Source of the DNA: an uncultured Actinomycetota bacterium
Lineage (GTDB): Bacteria > Actinomycetota > Thermoleophilia > Solirubrobacterales > Solirubrobacteraceae
DNA: 64,000 nucleotides
NCBI GenBank assembly: GCA_963830395.1
Contig: CAWHMI010000004.1
Coordinates: 264,980 to 328,979 of the forward strand
Reading direction: 5' to 3'
In this document: in pieces, positions 18,384 to 28,290 of the stretch
How positions within the stretch are numbered: position 1 is the first letter of the stretch
Layout of the letters: each line of letters starts with the position of its first letter
The notes under the pieces: model-generated
The model's input: the letters and a program-made list of their open reading frames with translations, nothing else
Databases searched by the model: none
What the model was told of the DNA's origin: nothing
Translations under genes and position numbers: made by a program

Positions 18384-19471
18384 CAGGGTCGGCGGGCTCG
18401 CCGGGTCCAAGCCCGGGCCCGCGCCCACGGGCTGCCGCGCAGCGTGCCGAGCTCTGCCTCGAGCCCCCTCAAGCGCTCACGCAGCGTGCCGAGCTCTGCC
18501 TCCAGCTGCAGCTCGCGGTCGGTGGGCATCGCCACCGGGGTCCCGGTGAACGCGGTCCTGTCGGTGCTGCCGCCGACCGTCTGCGCGAGCACGCCCGTCG
18601 GGGCCTCGGGGCCTGCAGGGGAGGTCTCGCGACGCCAGCGAACGGCGTTGAAGTCGATGCCCACGATCGGCTCCGAGATCGCTTGCTCGCGGCGGAAGTC
18701 GTCCACCGCCCGGCGGCAGCCATCCAGGAACAGGTAGTCGTCGAGCACCACGTAGCCGCCCACGGCCAGGCCCGGGTACAGCGCCTCCAAGGTCAGACGG
18801 GTGGCCTTGTAGGTGTCGCCGTCGAGGCGGATCAGCGACCAGGTACGGCCCTGGAGCTCGGCCATCGTTTCCTCGAAGAACCCGGGCACGAACCGCACCC
18901 CGTCCAGGCAGCCGAGGCGATCGAAGTGCCCGCGGACCTGCTCCAGGCTGGGGGCCAGGTACTCGAGTCCCCGCATCTCGGTCTCGAGCTCGATGTCGGC
19001 GCGGTCGCCGTCCGCCTCGGGCGTGGGGAAGCCCTTGAAGGAATCGGCCACCCACACGGTGCGCTCGGTCGCGCCGAGAACGTTGAGCGTGGCCCGCATC
19101 AGAATCGAGGAGCCTCCCCGCCAGGCGCCGGCCTCGATCAGGTCGCCGTCGATCCCGTTGCGCACCACCGTCTCGACACAGGCCTGGAGGTCGTCGAGCC
19201 GCCGCAGCCCGGTCATGGTCAGCGCGTTGAGCGGCCAGTCGCGTCCGGTGGCCCGCCACTGGAGCTGGTCGGCGCCATGCAGATCCCGGGAGAACACGCG
19301 CCGCTCGCCGCTCCAGCTCACGGTGCGAGTGCCGGCGCCGGCCAGGTCGCACAACGACAGCTTCAGCAGGCCCAGATAAGCATCGCGCAGGCCGCCCGGA
19401 TCTTGGCCGGGCGCAGGCGCCCGGATCTCGCGCGCCGGAACCTCCTGGGCTTTCTCTGCCACCGGGGGCAT
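18383..19471 (-). CDS. TylF/MycF-family O-methyltransferase (copy 1) with C-terminal coiled coil
   Basis: GDLIEAGAWRGGSS, VADSFKGFP, FVPGFFEETM, IRLDGDTY, VLDDY. Confidence 0.9.
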   Translation of the reverse strand: MPPVAEKAQEVPAREIRAPAPGQDPGGLRDAYLGLLKLSLCDLAGAGTRTVSWSGERRVFSRDLHGADQLQWRATGRDWPLNALTMTGLRRLDDLQACVETVVRNGIDGDLIEAGAWRGGSSILMRATLNVLGATERTVWVADSFKGFPTPEADGDRADIELETEMRGLEYLAPSLEQVRGHFDRLGCLDGVRFVPGFFEETMAELQGRTWSLIRLDGDTYKATRLTLEALYPGLAVGGYVVLDDYLFLDGCRRAVDDFRREQAISEPIVGIDFNAVRWRRETSPAGPEAPTGVLAQTVGGSTDRTAFTGTPVAMPTDRELQLEAELGTLRERLRGLEAELGTLRGSPWARARAWTRRARRP

Positions 19472-19521
19472 TGAAGCGTACCGCGACCGCCGGTGGATCA
19501 CCCCGTGGAGCCCCGGCGAGG

Positions 19522-20994
19522 CTAGAAGCGGGCTCGCCACCGGCGCAGGCGCTCCTGGCTGAATCCGCGCGGGCCGGGAAAGCCTGCGTTCAGCCGCCGG
19601 CGCGAGGCGTAAGCGCTGCGGCGGGCAACACGGGCCACCGTCCATTTCCAGATCAGGCCGCGGGCCAGGCCGGCCTCGGTACCGAGCGTCTCGGTGTGGC
19701 CGAGCAGCCCGCGCAGCGGCCGCAGCGCCAGCCAGGCGAAGGCCCGCGGATCATGGGCGCTGGCCAGATAGCACTGCAGGGCGCGGCGCTTGCCCGGCGT
19801 CAGCCGGTCCCCGCAGCGAACCAGGAGGGCGATCGCCTGGGCCTCGCCAGCCAGGTACCCATAGAAGTAGGCCGCCCGCCAGCGCTCGGCGAGGCGTGGC
19901 CAGGCGCGCAGGCGCCGGCGCAGGTCGGCGCGGCGGCTGCCGTGGGTGACGTCGCCGAACACCGCCCGCGAGTGCTGGACGTAGTCGTACAGTGGCTCGG
20001 GCACGAAGGCCACGTCGCCGGCGGCGAGCCCGACCAGCCCCAGCCAGTGATCGTGAAACTGAAAGCCCGGCGTGTCGGGGAACGGGAGGGCCAGCTCGAT
20101 TACCGCTCGGCGAAACAGGCAGGCCGCGCCGGTGATCGTGTTGGCCACCAGCATCGAGGCCAGGTTGCGGTGATTGTTGCGTCGCCCCCGCCACAGCGTG
20201 CTGCGCAGCACGACGCCGTCCCCGTCGGTCAGCCGCATGTCGGAATAGACCATTCCGGCGGTCCCCAGCGAGCGCCGCAGCGTGCTCAGCTTGGCCGGGT
20301 GCCAGCGGTCGTCCTGGTCTGAGAGGGCGATGAGCGACGCCTGCGGGGGCGCCAGGGCCAGCGCGCGCTCGAAGTTGCGGTAGAAGCCCAGGTGAACCTC
20401 CGAGCGCGACACCGCGAAGCGAGGGTCGTCCCCGACCGCGGCGCGGACGGCGGCATAGCCCTCCGGCGAGGAGCAGTCGTCGCTGATCAGGCAGATCCAG
20501 CCCTGATCGTCCTGCGCGCGCAGCGAATCGAGCTGAATGCTCAGCAGCTTCGGGTCGGGGTCGAACGTGGCCAGGCACACCGCGATCAACTCCGGCTCGC
20601 CATCGACCGGCCGAGCCGTGGTCTGCGGTGTGGCCTCGCGGCCGACGACGGCGATCTCCCCCAGCGGCGCGCACAGCTCTGCGCCCCCGGCGAGCGTCAC
20701 CGCCACGCCGATGCTGACCGTCCCCGGCCCCGCGCGCGGTGCAATCGGCACCGTGCCCCAGAAGCCGCTGAGGTAGCGATGTTGGCGGGGATCGATGGTG
20801 GCCGGTCGTCGGGTCAGATCGGCGCGCGGCATGGCGAACGCGTCAGGGGCGTGGCGGCGCCCGTCGGCCACCAGCTCGAGTCCGGTCACGACCGCCTCGG
20901 TGTGGTAGCAGTGCCCCAGGCAGAGGACGGCCGAACCAGTGCCGGTCGGCAGCGCGGCCGGCAGCGGCCGCTCCAATGCGGCGACGAGCCCCAC
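19522..20994 (-). CDS. GT2 glycosyltransferase with uncharacterised N-terminal domain
   Basis: VCLATFDP, ISDDCS, NFERAL, LSDQDDRW, FHDHW. Confidence 0.88.
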   Translation of the reverse strand: MGLVAALERPLPAALPTGTGSAVLCLGHCYHTEAVVTGLELVADGRRHAPDAFAMPRADLTRRPATIDPRQHRYLSGFWGTVPIAPRAGPGTVSIGVAVTLAGGAELCAPLGEIAVVGREATPQTTARPVDGEPELIAVCLATFDPDPKLLSIQLDSLRAQDDQGWICLISDDCSSPEGYAAVRAAVGDDPRFAVSRSEVHLGFYRNFERALALAPPQASLIALSDQDDRWHPAKLSTLRRSLGTAGMVYSDMRLTDGDGVVLRSTLWRGRRNNHRNLASMLVANTITGAACLFRRAVIELALPFPDTPGFQFHDHWLGLVGLAAGDVAFVPEPLYDYVQHSRAVFGDVTHGSRRADLRRRLRAWPRLAERWRAAYFYGYLAGEAQAIALLVRCGDRLTPGKRRALQCYLASAHDPRAFAWLALRPLRGLLGHTETLGTEAGLARGLIWKWTVARVARRSAYASRRRLNAGFPGPRGFSQERLRRWRARF

Positions 20995-22260
20995 TTAGCG
21001 GTCGGCGCCCGGCGCGAGCACGGATATCTCCACGTCGCCGCTCATGGCCACGTTGCCCGCGCTCGGGTTGGTGCCGAAGACGAAGAAGTCGAGCAGGCGG
21101 ACGATGTGGATCGCCATCCCTCCCTCGTCGCGACTGCGGGAGATCCAGCACTCCAGCGCATAGCGCCCCGGCACCAGGGGGTTGTCGATCTCGGCCGTGA
21201 TGCGGATCCGCTCGCCGGTGCGCAGCCGCGCCGGCAGCCCGTCCGGCGCCTGCACCGCCTTGTCGAAGGCGAACACCCAGTTGCCGTCCATGTTCAGGCA
21301 GTGGAAGTTGAACACGGGCGCGTTCATCTCCTGCCGCCCCTCGGCCACGAGGTTGAAGCTGAACACTCGACCCTGCTCGAGGTTCTCCACCCGAGTGCCG
21401 GACTCGTCGGCCAGCCACACGTCGAGCAGGGTGACGTTGACGTCGGGCACCGACACCGGGCCGTCGGTTGCGCCGGGGTCGTGCGCGCCGGCGAAGTTGA
21501 GTCGGTAGTAGCGCAGGGCGGCTTCTTCGGGGTCTCCGAGGTAGCGTTGCTCGCCGTCGTGGATCAGCATCGCGCGGTCGCAGAAGGCCTGGACGGTGGC
21601 CATGTCGTGGGTGACGAGGACCAGTGTCTTGCCGGCGTCGCGTTTGTCTCTGAACACGTCGGTGCATTTCTGGGCAAACGCGGCGTCTCCGACGGCCAGG
21701 ACTTCGTCGACGAGCATGATGTCGGCGTCGGCTCCGACCATGACCGCGAACGCGAGGCGGACCATCATGCCTGAGGAGTAGTTCTTGAGCTTGAGGTCGA
21801 CAAATCCGGTCAGCTCGGCGAAGTCCAGCACGGCGTCCAGGCGGCGGCGCGCTTCGCGGCGGCCCAGGCCCATCATCACCCCGTTGAGCTCGACGTTCTC
21901 GCGGGCGGTCAGCTCGGGGTTAAACCCGACGCCGAGCTCGATGAACGGGGCCAGGCGTCCGGCGATGCGGATGCGTCCTGCGTCGGCGCGGTAGATGCTG
22001 GCCAGGACCTTGAGCAGGGTGCTCTTGCCCGATCCGTTGCGGCCCACGATCCCGAAGAACTCCCCGCGGTGCACGGTGAAGTCGATCCCCCGTAGGGCGC
22101 GCAGCTGCCGGTAGGAAACCCGCCGTAGCGGATGCGCGGCGCGTTCCTTGAGCGTGTCGACCTTCTGCTCGGGAATCTGGAACGTCTTGCGCAGGCCGAC
22201 GACGTCGATCACCGCCGGCGCCTGGTGCAGCCGCGCGCGCCGCGCGTCGCTACCCGCCAT
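20995..22260 (-). CDS. wzt: Polysaccharide ABC exporter ATPase with C-terminal Wzt_C-like domain (copy 2)
   Basis: Same NBD as copy 1 with a different C-terminal domain. Confidence 0.92.
   Translation of the reverse strand: MAGSDARRARLHQAPAVIDVVGLRKTFQIPEQKVDTLKERAAHPLRRVSYRQLRALRGIDFTVHRGEFFGIVGRNGSGKSTLLKVLASIYRADAGRIRIAGRLAPFIELGVGFNPELTARENVELNGVMMGLGRREARRRLDAVLDFAELTGFVDLKLKNYSSGMMVRLAFAVMVGADADIMLVDEVLAVGDAAFAQKCTDVFRDKRDAGKTLVLVTHDMATVQAFCDRAMLIHDGEQRYLGDPEEAALRYYRLNFAGAHDPGATDGPVSVPDVNVTLLDVWLADESGTRVENLEQGRVFSFNLVAEGRQEMNAPVFNFHCLNMDGNWVFAFDKAVQAPDGLPARLRTGERIRITAEIDNPLVPGRYALECWISRSRDEGGMAIHIVRLLDFFVFGTNPSAGNVAMSGDVEISVLAPGADR
21460..22218. repeat. 759-bp direct repeat, copy B
   Basis: Matches 17523-18281. 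Confidence 0.92.
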
Positions 22261-22353
22261 GGAAGCCGTGGCCGCGCCGCTTGCGCGGCCGGGCTGCAGT
22301 TGTCCGCCGTTGGACGCCCATTCGCCAACGTTACCCAGGCCCCGCCGCGAGCC

Positions 22354-23259
22354 CTAACGCTTCCGGCGCTCCAGGTAGCGGCCGACGCTCCGCAGGGGGG
22401 CGGTCAGCCGCCAGCCGATGCTCTTGGTCATGATCGCCATCTCGCGCCGGTGGGCGGCCATCCCGGCGGCGGCCTTGAGCCCGGTCGAGAGCGCGACGCC
22501 GCGCGTGATCGCCGCCTCGGCCTCGGCCCGGCGGGCGCGGTGCTTCCAGCTGCCACCGGCGAACCCCACTCCGGGCATCCGCCCGTCCCACTTCTCCGCC
22601 ACCGCGACGTACGCCTCGGACCAATGCTCCAGATCGGAGGCCAGCCGCAGCGAGTGGTTGTGGATGACCTTGAAGTCGGCGGTCACGATCTTGCGCCCGC
22701 GCTCGCGGACCTGCAGGCAGAAGTCGAAGTCGTAGCCGTGCAGCAGCTGCCCCAGGGACTCGTCGAAGCGCACGTTGGCCACCGTCCACGGCGACAGCGC
22801 CAGGACGAAGCCGTCGACGGTGTCGACCTCGCCGAGCTGGGCGTAGGGAGGGATGCGGGCCTCGTCCCAGGTCAGCGAGGGAAAGTCGCCGCCCCCGAGC
22901 TCGCCGTAACGGTGGATGAACGAGGCCCAGGTGACCGAGCCCTCCCACCAGGCGATCGAGCGCACGCCGAGCGACCCGACGCACCCCACGACCCCGACCT
23001 GGGGATCGGCGAGCGCCTGGCGCAGCTTGACGCAGAAGCGATCGTCGACGATCTCCGAGTCCTGGTGCAGCAGGACCAGGGCCTCGAGCCCGTCGATCGC
23101 GGCGGTCCGGTCGAGGATCGCGTTGTAGTTGTGAAAGATCGAGCCGTCCGCCGGATGCGCGATCACTGCCGAATCGGGTTCCGCGGCGGTGGCTATGCCC
23201 GGCGCGGCGCACCTTAAGTAGGTGTCCCGGGAGGTGACGGCCGAGGCGAAGACGATCAT
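22354..23259 (-). CDS. Glycosyltransferase-like family protein (GT-A, Glyco_tranf_2_5-like)
   Basis: SIFHNYN, LLHQDSEI, GVVGCVG, VDTVDGFVL, RFDE, LHGYDFDFCLQ. Confidence 0.8.
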   Translation of the reverse strand: MIVFASAVTSRDTYLRCAAPGIATAAEPDSAVIAHPADGSIFHNYNAILDRTAAIDGLEALVLLHQDSEIVDDRFCVKLRQALADPQVGVVGCVGSLGVRSIAWWEGSVTWASFIHRYGELGGGDFPSLTWDEARIPPYAQLGEVDTVDGFVLALSPWTVANVRFDESLGQLLHGYDFDFCLQVRERGRKIVTADFKVIHNHSLRLASDLEHWSEAYVAVAEKWDGRMPGVGFAGGSWKHRARRAEAEAAITRGVALSTGLKAAAGMAAHRREMAIMTKSIGWRLTAPLRSVGRYLERRKR

Positions 23260-23375
23260 CGGGAGGGGGTGATCGGAGCGGGCAAGCGCGGGAGTGTAGG
23301 CGCCGCCGGGGGGCCTCGGGAGGCGCGGGTGCCCGGCCCGGGGCCGGCCGGGGCGCGGCTATCATCGCCCCGCCC

Positions 23376-24305
23376 ATGATCGCCTTCGGCTGCTCGATCA
23401 TCACCCCGGATGCTTACGTACGCTGGGCCAAGCCGGGGCTCGAGCGGGCCGCCGAGCCCGACTCGGTGGTGATGGCGCACTCGGCCTTGGGGTCGGTGGC
23501 GCGCGGCTACAACCTGCTGCTCGACCGGGCGGCCGGGCTTGACCGGCTGGAGGCGCTGGTGATCGTGCACGAGGACGCCGAGCTGCTCGACGCCGACTTC
23601 TGCTCCCGGATGCGCTCGGCATTGGCCGATCCCGAGGTCGCCCTGGTCGGATGCGTCGGCGCGACCGGCGTTCGTGACATCGCCTGGTGGGACGGGTCGG
23701 TCACCTGGAGCTCGGCGGTCTATCACCCCGGCGATCCGGGCAGGAGCGAGCTGGCCTTCACCAACCGGCCCGGGCCCCACGCCGTGGGCGATGTCGACAG
23801 CCTCTACGGAGTGCTGCTGGCCTTCTCGCCATGGGCGGTTCGCAACTTGCGCTTCGACGAGTCGATCGGGCCGCTACACGGTTATGACTTCGATATCTGT
23901 CGCCAGGCCCGCCGCGCCGGGCGCAAGGTCCGCACGGCGGACCTGAACGTCGCCCATCATCACCCGCTCGATCTCGTGCGGGACATCGAGATCTGGGTCG
24001 CGGCCCACATGCGAGGAGCCGAGCTGTGGGACTCGAAGGCTCCGGGCGACGGGGCGCCGGACGCGGAGTGGAAGCCCCGGGCACGGGCCGCCGAGGCCGC
24101 GGCGGCCGCCGCGCGGCTGCTCGCTGCCGCGCGGTTGCTCGAGGTCCAGGCCTCCGATGAGCACAACGCCGCCGAGCGCCGGGGCGTGCTGGAAAGCCGG
24201 AGCTGGCGGGTGACTGAGCCGCTGCGGCGCGGCAACGCGGTCCTGAGGACCGCGCGGGGCCGCCTGCGACGCTCGCGCGTTACCCGGTGGGCGGGTCCTC
24301 GCTGA
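23376..24305 (+). CDS. Glycosyltransferase-like family protein (paralog of 22354..23259)
   Basis: VARGYN, IVHEDAEL, LVGCVG, RFDESIGPLHGYDFDIC. Confidence 0.8.
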   Translation: MIAFGCSIITPDAYVRWAKPGLERAAEPDSVVMAHSALGSVARGYNLLLDRAAGLDRLEALVIVHEDAELLDADFCSRMRSALADPEVALVGCVGATGVRDIAWWDGSVTWSSAVYHPGDPGRSELAFTNRPGPHAVGDVDSLYGVLLAFSPWAVRNLRFDESIGPLHGYDFDICRQARRAGRKVRTADLNVAHHHPLDLVRDIEIWVAAHMRGAELWDSKAPGDGAPDAEWKPRARAAEAAAAAARLLAAARLLEVQASDEHNAAERRGVLESRSWRVTEPLRRGNAVLRTARGRLRRSRVTRWAGPR

Positions 24306-25344
24306 GGGCCCGCTGGACCTCGGCCCGGGTGACGGCCATCTCCGCGGGAGCGATTCCCACCCGGCGGCGCAGCTCGGAGAGCTTCTCGGCCACCCGGAAC
24401 GCGCTCGAGGTCAGCAGCCGGCGCAGCAGGGCCTCCTGGCGTCCGAGCCGCTCGTGGGCCGCCGCCACCTCCATCAGCTGCACGTGCATCGAAGCCAGGT
24501 GGTAGGCACGGTTGGCCTCCAGCCGCGCGATCACCGGATGACGATCCAGCGGGCCGAGAAGCTCTGCGAGCCGCCCGGCATAAGGCGCGTCCGCGTGCCA
24601 GACGACGCCGAGCCCGAAGAACGAGGGCATGATTGCCAGGCGGAGCTTGGCGTCGTCGGCGACAAAGTCCTCGACCGCCGTCAGGACGCCGTTGCGTGGC
24701 CCGCCCTCGCGCACCGCTGGCCACTTGTAAGGCAGCCCCCCGGGCCGAGGCTCGGCCACGCCGGGGAACAGCCCGCCCCCCTCCACGGTGGTCTGCCGGT
24801 ACTCGTCGGGGATCCGGTCGGGAGCGAAGTAGTCGTCGCGCCGGGCGTGTGGCCAGCCGACGTCGTGGAAGATGAGCAGCGGCGTCTGGCCGCGGCGCGT
24901 GACCAGTTCGATCTCGTTGGAGACCGTGTAGTAGTTGTGATCGCCGTCGATCACGTACGCGTCGGCCGGTTCGAGCTCGCGTAGCGCCTCGTGGCTGGTG
25001 GTCTGCAGCAGCGTGAGCTCCGGGCGCTGCTCGCCGAGCGCGACCAGCTCCGGCTGCGGCGAGGGATCCACGGCCCAGATCCTGACGCCGTCCCGGTCGC
25101 TGGCCCAATCGAGCAGGTAGTGGGTGAGGTCGCCCGCATAGGCGCCGACCTCGACCACGGAGCGCGCGTCAGCGGCCGCCAGGCAGGCGAGCATTACCTC
25201 GCCGTTGTTGATCAGCGAGGCTCCCCACTGTCCGGGGTCGCTGGCGAACTCGCAGGCGGGATGAAGCGTCCACGGCAGCTCGCCCTGCTGCAGCGCCCGC
25301 ACGACCCCCTCCGCGCTGAGGTTGAGTTGCACTCTGGCCACCAA
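24280..25344 (-). CDS. Class I SAM methyltransferase (Methyltransf_24-like)
   Basis: VVEVGAYAG, IDGDHNYYTV and FHDVGWP motifs. Confidence 0.85.
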   Translation of the reverse strand: MVARVQLNLSAEGVVRALQQGELPWTLHPACEFASDPGQWGASLINNGEVMLACLAAADARSVVEVGAYAGDLTHYLLDWASDRDGVRIWAVDPSPQPELVALGEQRPELTLLQTTSHEALRELEPADAYVIDGDHNYYTVSNEIELVTRRGQTPLLIFHDVGWPHARRDDYFAPDRIPDEYRQTTVEGGGLFPGVAEPRPGGLPYKWPAVREGGPRNGVLTAVEDFVADDAKLRLAIMPSFFGLGVVWHADAPYAGRLAELLGPLDRHPVIARLEANRAYHLASMHVQLMEVAAAHERLGRQEALLRRLLTSSAFRVAEKLSELRRRVGIAPAEMAVTRAEVQRALSEDPPTG

Positions 25345-25439
25345 GCGCGCGGAGTGTAGTCGTTCGACGCCCGCCCGCCGGGCTCGCTGGCCCGGCGTCG
25401 CCGGCCCATAGACTTGGCGCCGCTGACACCGCCTCGCCC

Positions 25440-26531
25440 ATGCCGCAGATGTTCCCCTTCACAGGTCAAGAATCCGGCTCGCCGTGGCGTGCCCACCCGC
25501 CGGGGCGTGATGCCGAGAGCCTGCGCCGGGCCTACCTGGCGCTGCTGAAGCTGAGCCTGTGCGATCTGACCGGGGCCAGCACGCGCGAGGTGCGATGGAC
25601 CTCGGACAAGCGCGTCTTCTCGCGGACGCTGACCGACGCCCAGCAGCTGCGCCATCGCGCCGAGGGCAAGGACTGGCCGCTGGACGGCCTGACGATGGTG
25701 GGGCTGCGCCGGCTCGAAGACCTCCAGGCGTGCGTCGAGTCGATCGTCGCCGACGGCGTGCCCGGCGACCTGATCGAGGCCGGTGCGTGGCGGGGCGGGG
25801 CCTCGATCCTGATCCGGGCCACGCTGGATGGCCTCGGCGCGCGGGATCGGACCCTGTGGGTGGCCGACTCCTTCCAGGGCTTTCCGGCGCCCGACGGCGC
25901 CGGCTCGGCGGCCGATCAAGCGCTCGAGGCCGACCTGAGCCGCGTCGGCTTTCTGGCGCCGCCGCTGGACAGCGTCGCCGAGCACTTCGCCCGCTTCGGC
26001 GTGGCCGAGGGGGTGGAGTTCGTGCCCGGCTTCTTCGAGGAGACGATGGCTTCCCTGCGGGGCCGTACCTGGTCGCTGGTGCGGCTCGACGCCGACACGT
26101 ATCGCGCGACCCGGGTCGTGCTCGACGCGCTGTACCCGGGACTGGAGGCCGGCGGCTACCTGATCGTCGACGACTACTTCCATCCATATCTGCCGGAGTC
26201 GTGCCGCAGGGCCGTCGATGACTATCGCGCCGAGCATGCGATCAGCGAACCGGTGACGCAGATCGACTGGAACGGCGCCCGCTGGCGCAAGCGCGAGCCC
26301 GCCCAGCCCGCGCCCGAACCGATCGGCGCCCAGGCTCGCGTGCCTGCCGGGCGGCCTCCCGAGCGCCCCGGCACGGCTCCGATCCCCACCGATCGCGAGC
26401 TGCAGCTGCAGGACGAGATCGCGGCGCTGCGAGCGCAGCTCGATGCCACGCAGGCCCAGCTGCGCCGCCGGGATGCCGGCCCCCTGCGCCGGCTGCGGGC
26501 ACGACTCAGGCACTCCGCGGGGGGCGCTTAG
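25440..26531 (+). CDS. TylF/MycF-family O-methyltransferase (copy 2)
   Basis: GDLIEAGAWRGGAS, VADSFQGFP, VRLDADTY, IVDDY. Confidence 0.9.
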   Translation: MPQMFPFTGQESGSPWRAHPPGRDAESLRRAYLALLKLSLCDLTGASTREVRWTSDKRVFSRTLTDAQQLRHRAEGKDWPLDGLTMVGLRRLEDLQACVESIVADGVPGDLIEAGAWRGGASILIRATLDGLGARDRTLWVADSFQGFPAPDGAGSAADQALEADLSRVGFLAPPLDSVAEHFARFGVAEGVEFVPGFFEETMASLRGRTWSLVRLDADTYRATRVVLDALYPGLEAGGYLIVDDYFHPYLPESCRRAVDDYRAEHAISEPVTQIDWNGARWRKREPAQPAPEPIGAQARVPAGRPPERPGTAPIPTDRELQLQDEIAALRAQLDATQAQLRRRDAGPLRRLRARLRHSAGGA

Positions 26532-26544
26532 ACTCACGCATCTC

Positions 26545-27475
26545 GTGTACCTCCACCCCCGTGGCGACACCACCGAGCGCCCGTCGCCGGAGCGAACCTG
26601 CGCCTGGTGCGGTCAACGGATCGATGTCGTCGCCAGCCAGCGATCGTCAGGAGGCGTGCTGTGCGGCGGTTGTGGTGTGGCGAACACCGATCCGTGGCCG
26701 ACCGACGCGGAATTGGGTGTCGCGTATGGCAGCTGGTACCGACCCGCTTCGGGCCGCTTCTCAGGGCTCGGCGATGCGATCTTGCGCCGCACGCGCGGCC
26801 AGCTCGCGCGGCGACTTGACCGGATCGCACCTCCCGGACCCGTGCTCGACGTCGGAGCGGGTGACGGTTCGCTGCTCGACGCTCTCCGGGTCCGCGGACG
26901 TCCCGCGCTGGGTCTGGAACGAGAGGCGCGACGGTCCGATCTGCGGGCGGTCGGACTTGACGACGTCGGGGGGGAGTGGGCCGCGATCGTCTTCTGGCAT
27001 TCGCTGGAGCACCTGCCCGACGCCGGTCCGGAGCTCGAACGCGCGGTCGGCCTGCTGGCTGGCAAGGGCGTGCTCGTGATCGCCGTGCCGAATGCCGACA
27101 GCCTCCAAGCGCGGCTGTTCGGGGAACGCTGGCTGGCGCTCGACCTCCCGCGCCATCTCGTCCATCTTCCCGCCCGGGCGTTGTTGGCGCGACTCGCAGC
27201 CCACGGGCTGGAAGTGGAGCGCGTCAGCTTTTGGCGAGGCGGCCAGGTGATGTTCGGATGGCTGCACGGGATCGTGGGAATGCTGCCGGGGAATCCGAGA
27301 CCTGTACGAGTCGATTCGTCGTCCGGAGGCCCGGAGTCGCCCAGACTCAGCCCACGCTCGGGTCTTCGTGCTCGCCGCCGCGGTCCTGCTCGCCCCAGTC
27401 GCCGCGATTGCGGCGGCTGTCGAAGTCGCCGCGCGCCGCGGGGGCACCGTCTACGTGGAGTGCCGCCGTTCCTGA
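26545..27475 (+). CDS. Class I SAM methyltransferase with one extra base (frameshift) near 27298
   Basis: VLDVGAGDG, FWHSLEHL, LDLPRHL. Removing one base after GNP restores DLYESIRRPEAR...GGTVYVECRRS-stop. Confidence 0.75.
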
Positions 27476-27500
27476 ACCTTCCGCCACCGGCAGCGGGCGT

Positions 27501-28280
27501 TTGCTTGCCACGTCGCGTCGCCGGCCCCCGGGGAAGGTGATCGTGGTGATGCCCGCGATGAACGCGGCGGCAACGCTGAATCAGACGGTCGGCAACATCC
27601 CAACCGGCTGGGTCGACGAGGTGATCCTGGTCGACGATCACTCCACCGATGAGACCGTCAACCTGGCCCGCGAGCTTCCGCTGCGCCTGGTCTGGCACCC
27701 TCACAACGCGGGCTACGGGGCCAACCAGAAGACGTGTTATCTCGAGGCCCTGCAGCGCGACGCGGACGTGGTCGTGATGCTCCACCCGGATGGGCAGTAC
27801 GAGCCGGCGCTGATTCCCGACATGGTCACCCCGATCCTCGACGGCCGCGCCGACCTGGTGCTCGGCTCGCGTTTCTCGGAGCCCGGCTCGGCGCTGGCCA
27901 ACGGGATGCCGCGCTGGAAGTACGTCGCCAACCGGGTCCTGACGACGATCGAGAACCAGATCATGGGAACCCGGCTGTCGGAGGCCCACACCGGCTACCG
28001 CGCCTACTCGCGCCGGCTGCTGCTGACCGTGCCGTTCCTGCGCAACGCGATCGACTTCAGCTTCGACACCGAGCTGATCATGCAGGCGGTGTACTTCGAT
28101 CTCCGGATCGAGGAGGTCTCCGCCACCTGCCGCTACTCCGACGACGCCTCCTCGGTCGGCTTTCGCAGCGGCGCCGTCTACGGGTGCAAGACGCTCTGGG
28201 CGGGAGCTCGATTGACACTGCACCGCGCCGGGATCCTGACGTCGCGCAAGTTCAAGGATCCGGGCGAAGGCGGGCTCTGA
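27501..28280 (+). CDS. GT2 (DPM-synthase-like) polyprenol-phosphate glycosyltransferase
   Basis: VVMPAMNAA, LVDDHSTD, GYGANQK, MLHPDGQY, VLGSRF, AHTGYRAYSR, FDTE. Confidence 0.9.
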   Translation: MLATSRRRPPGKVIVVMPAMNAAATLNQTVGNIPTGWVDEVILVDDHSTDETVNLARELPLRLVWHPHNAGYGANQKTCYLEALQRDADVVVMLHPDGQYEPALIPDMVTPILDGRADLVLGSRFSEPGSALANGMPRWKYVANRVLTTIENQIMGTRLSEAHTGYRAYSRRLLLTVPFLRNAIDFSFDTELIMQAVYFDLRIEEVSATCRYSDDASSVGFRSGAVYGCKTLWAGARLTLHRAGILTSRKFKDPGEGGL

Positions 28281-28290
28281 CGGGGTCCAG

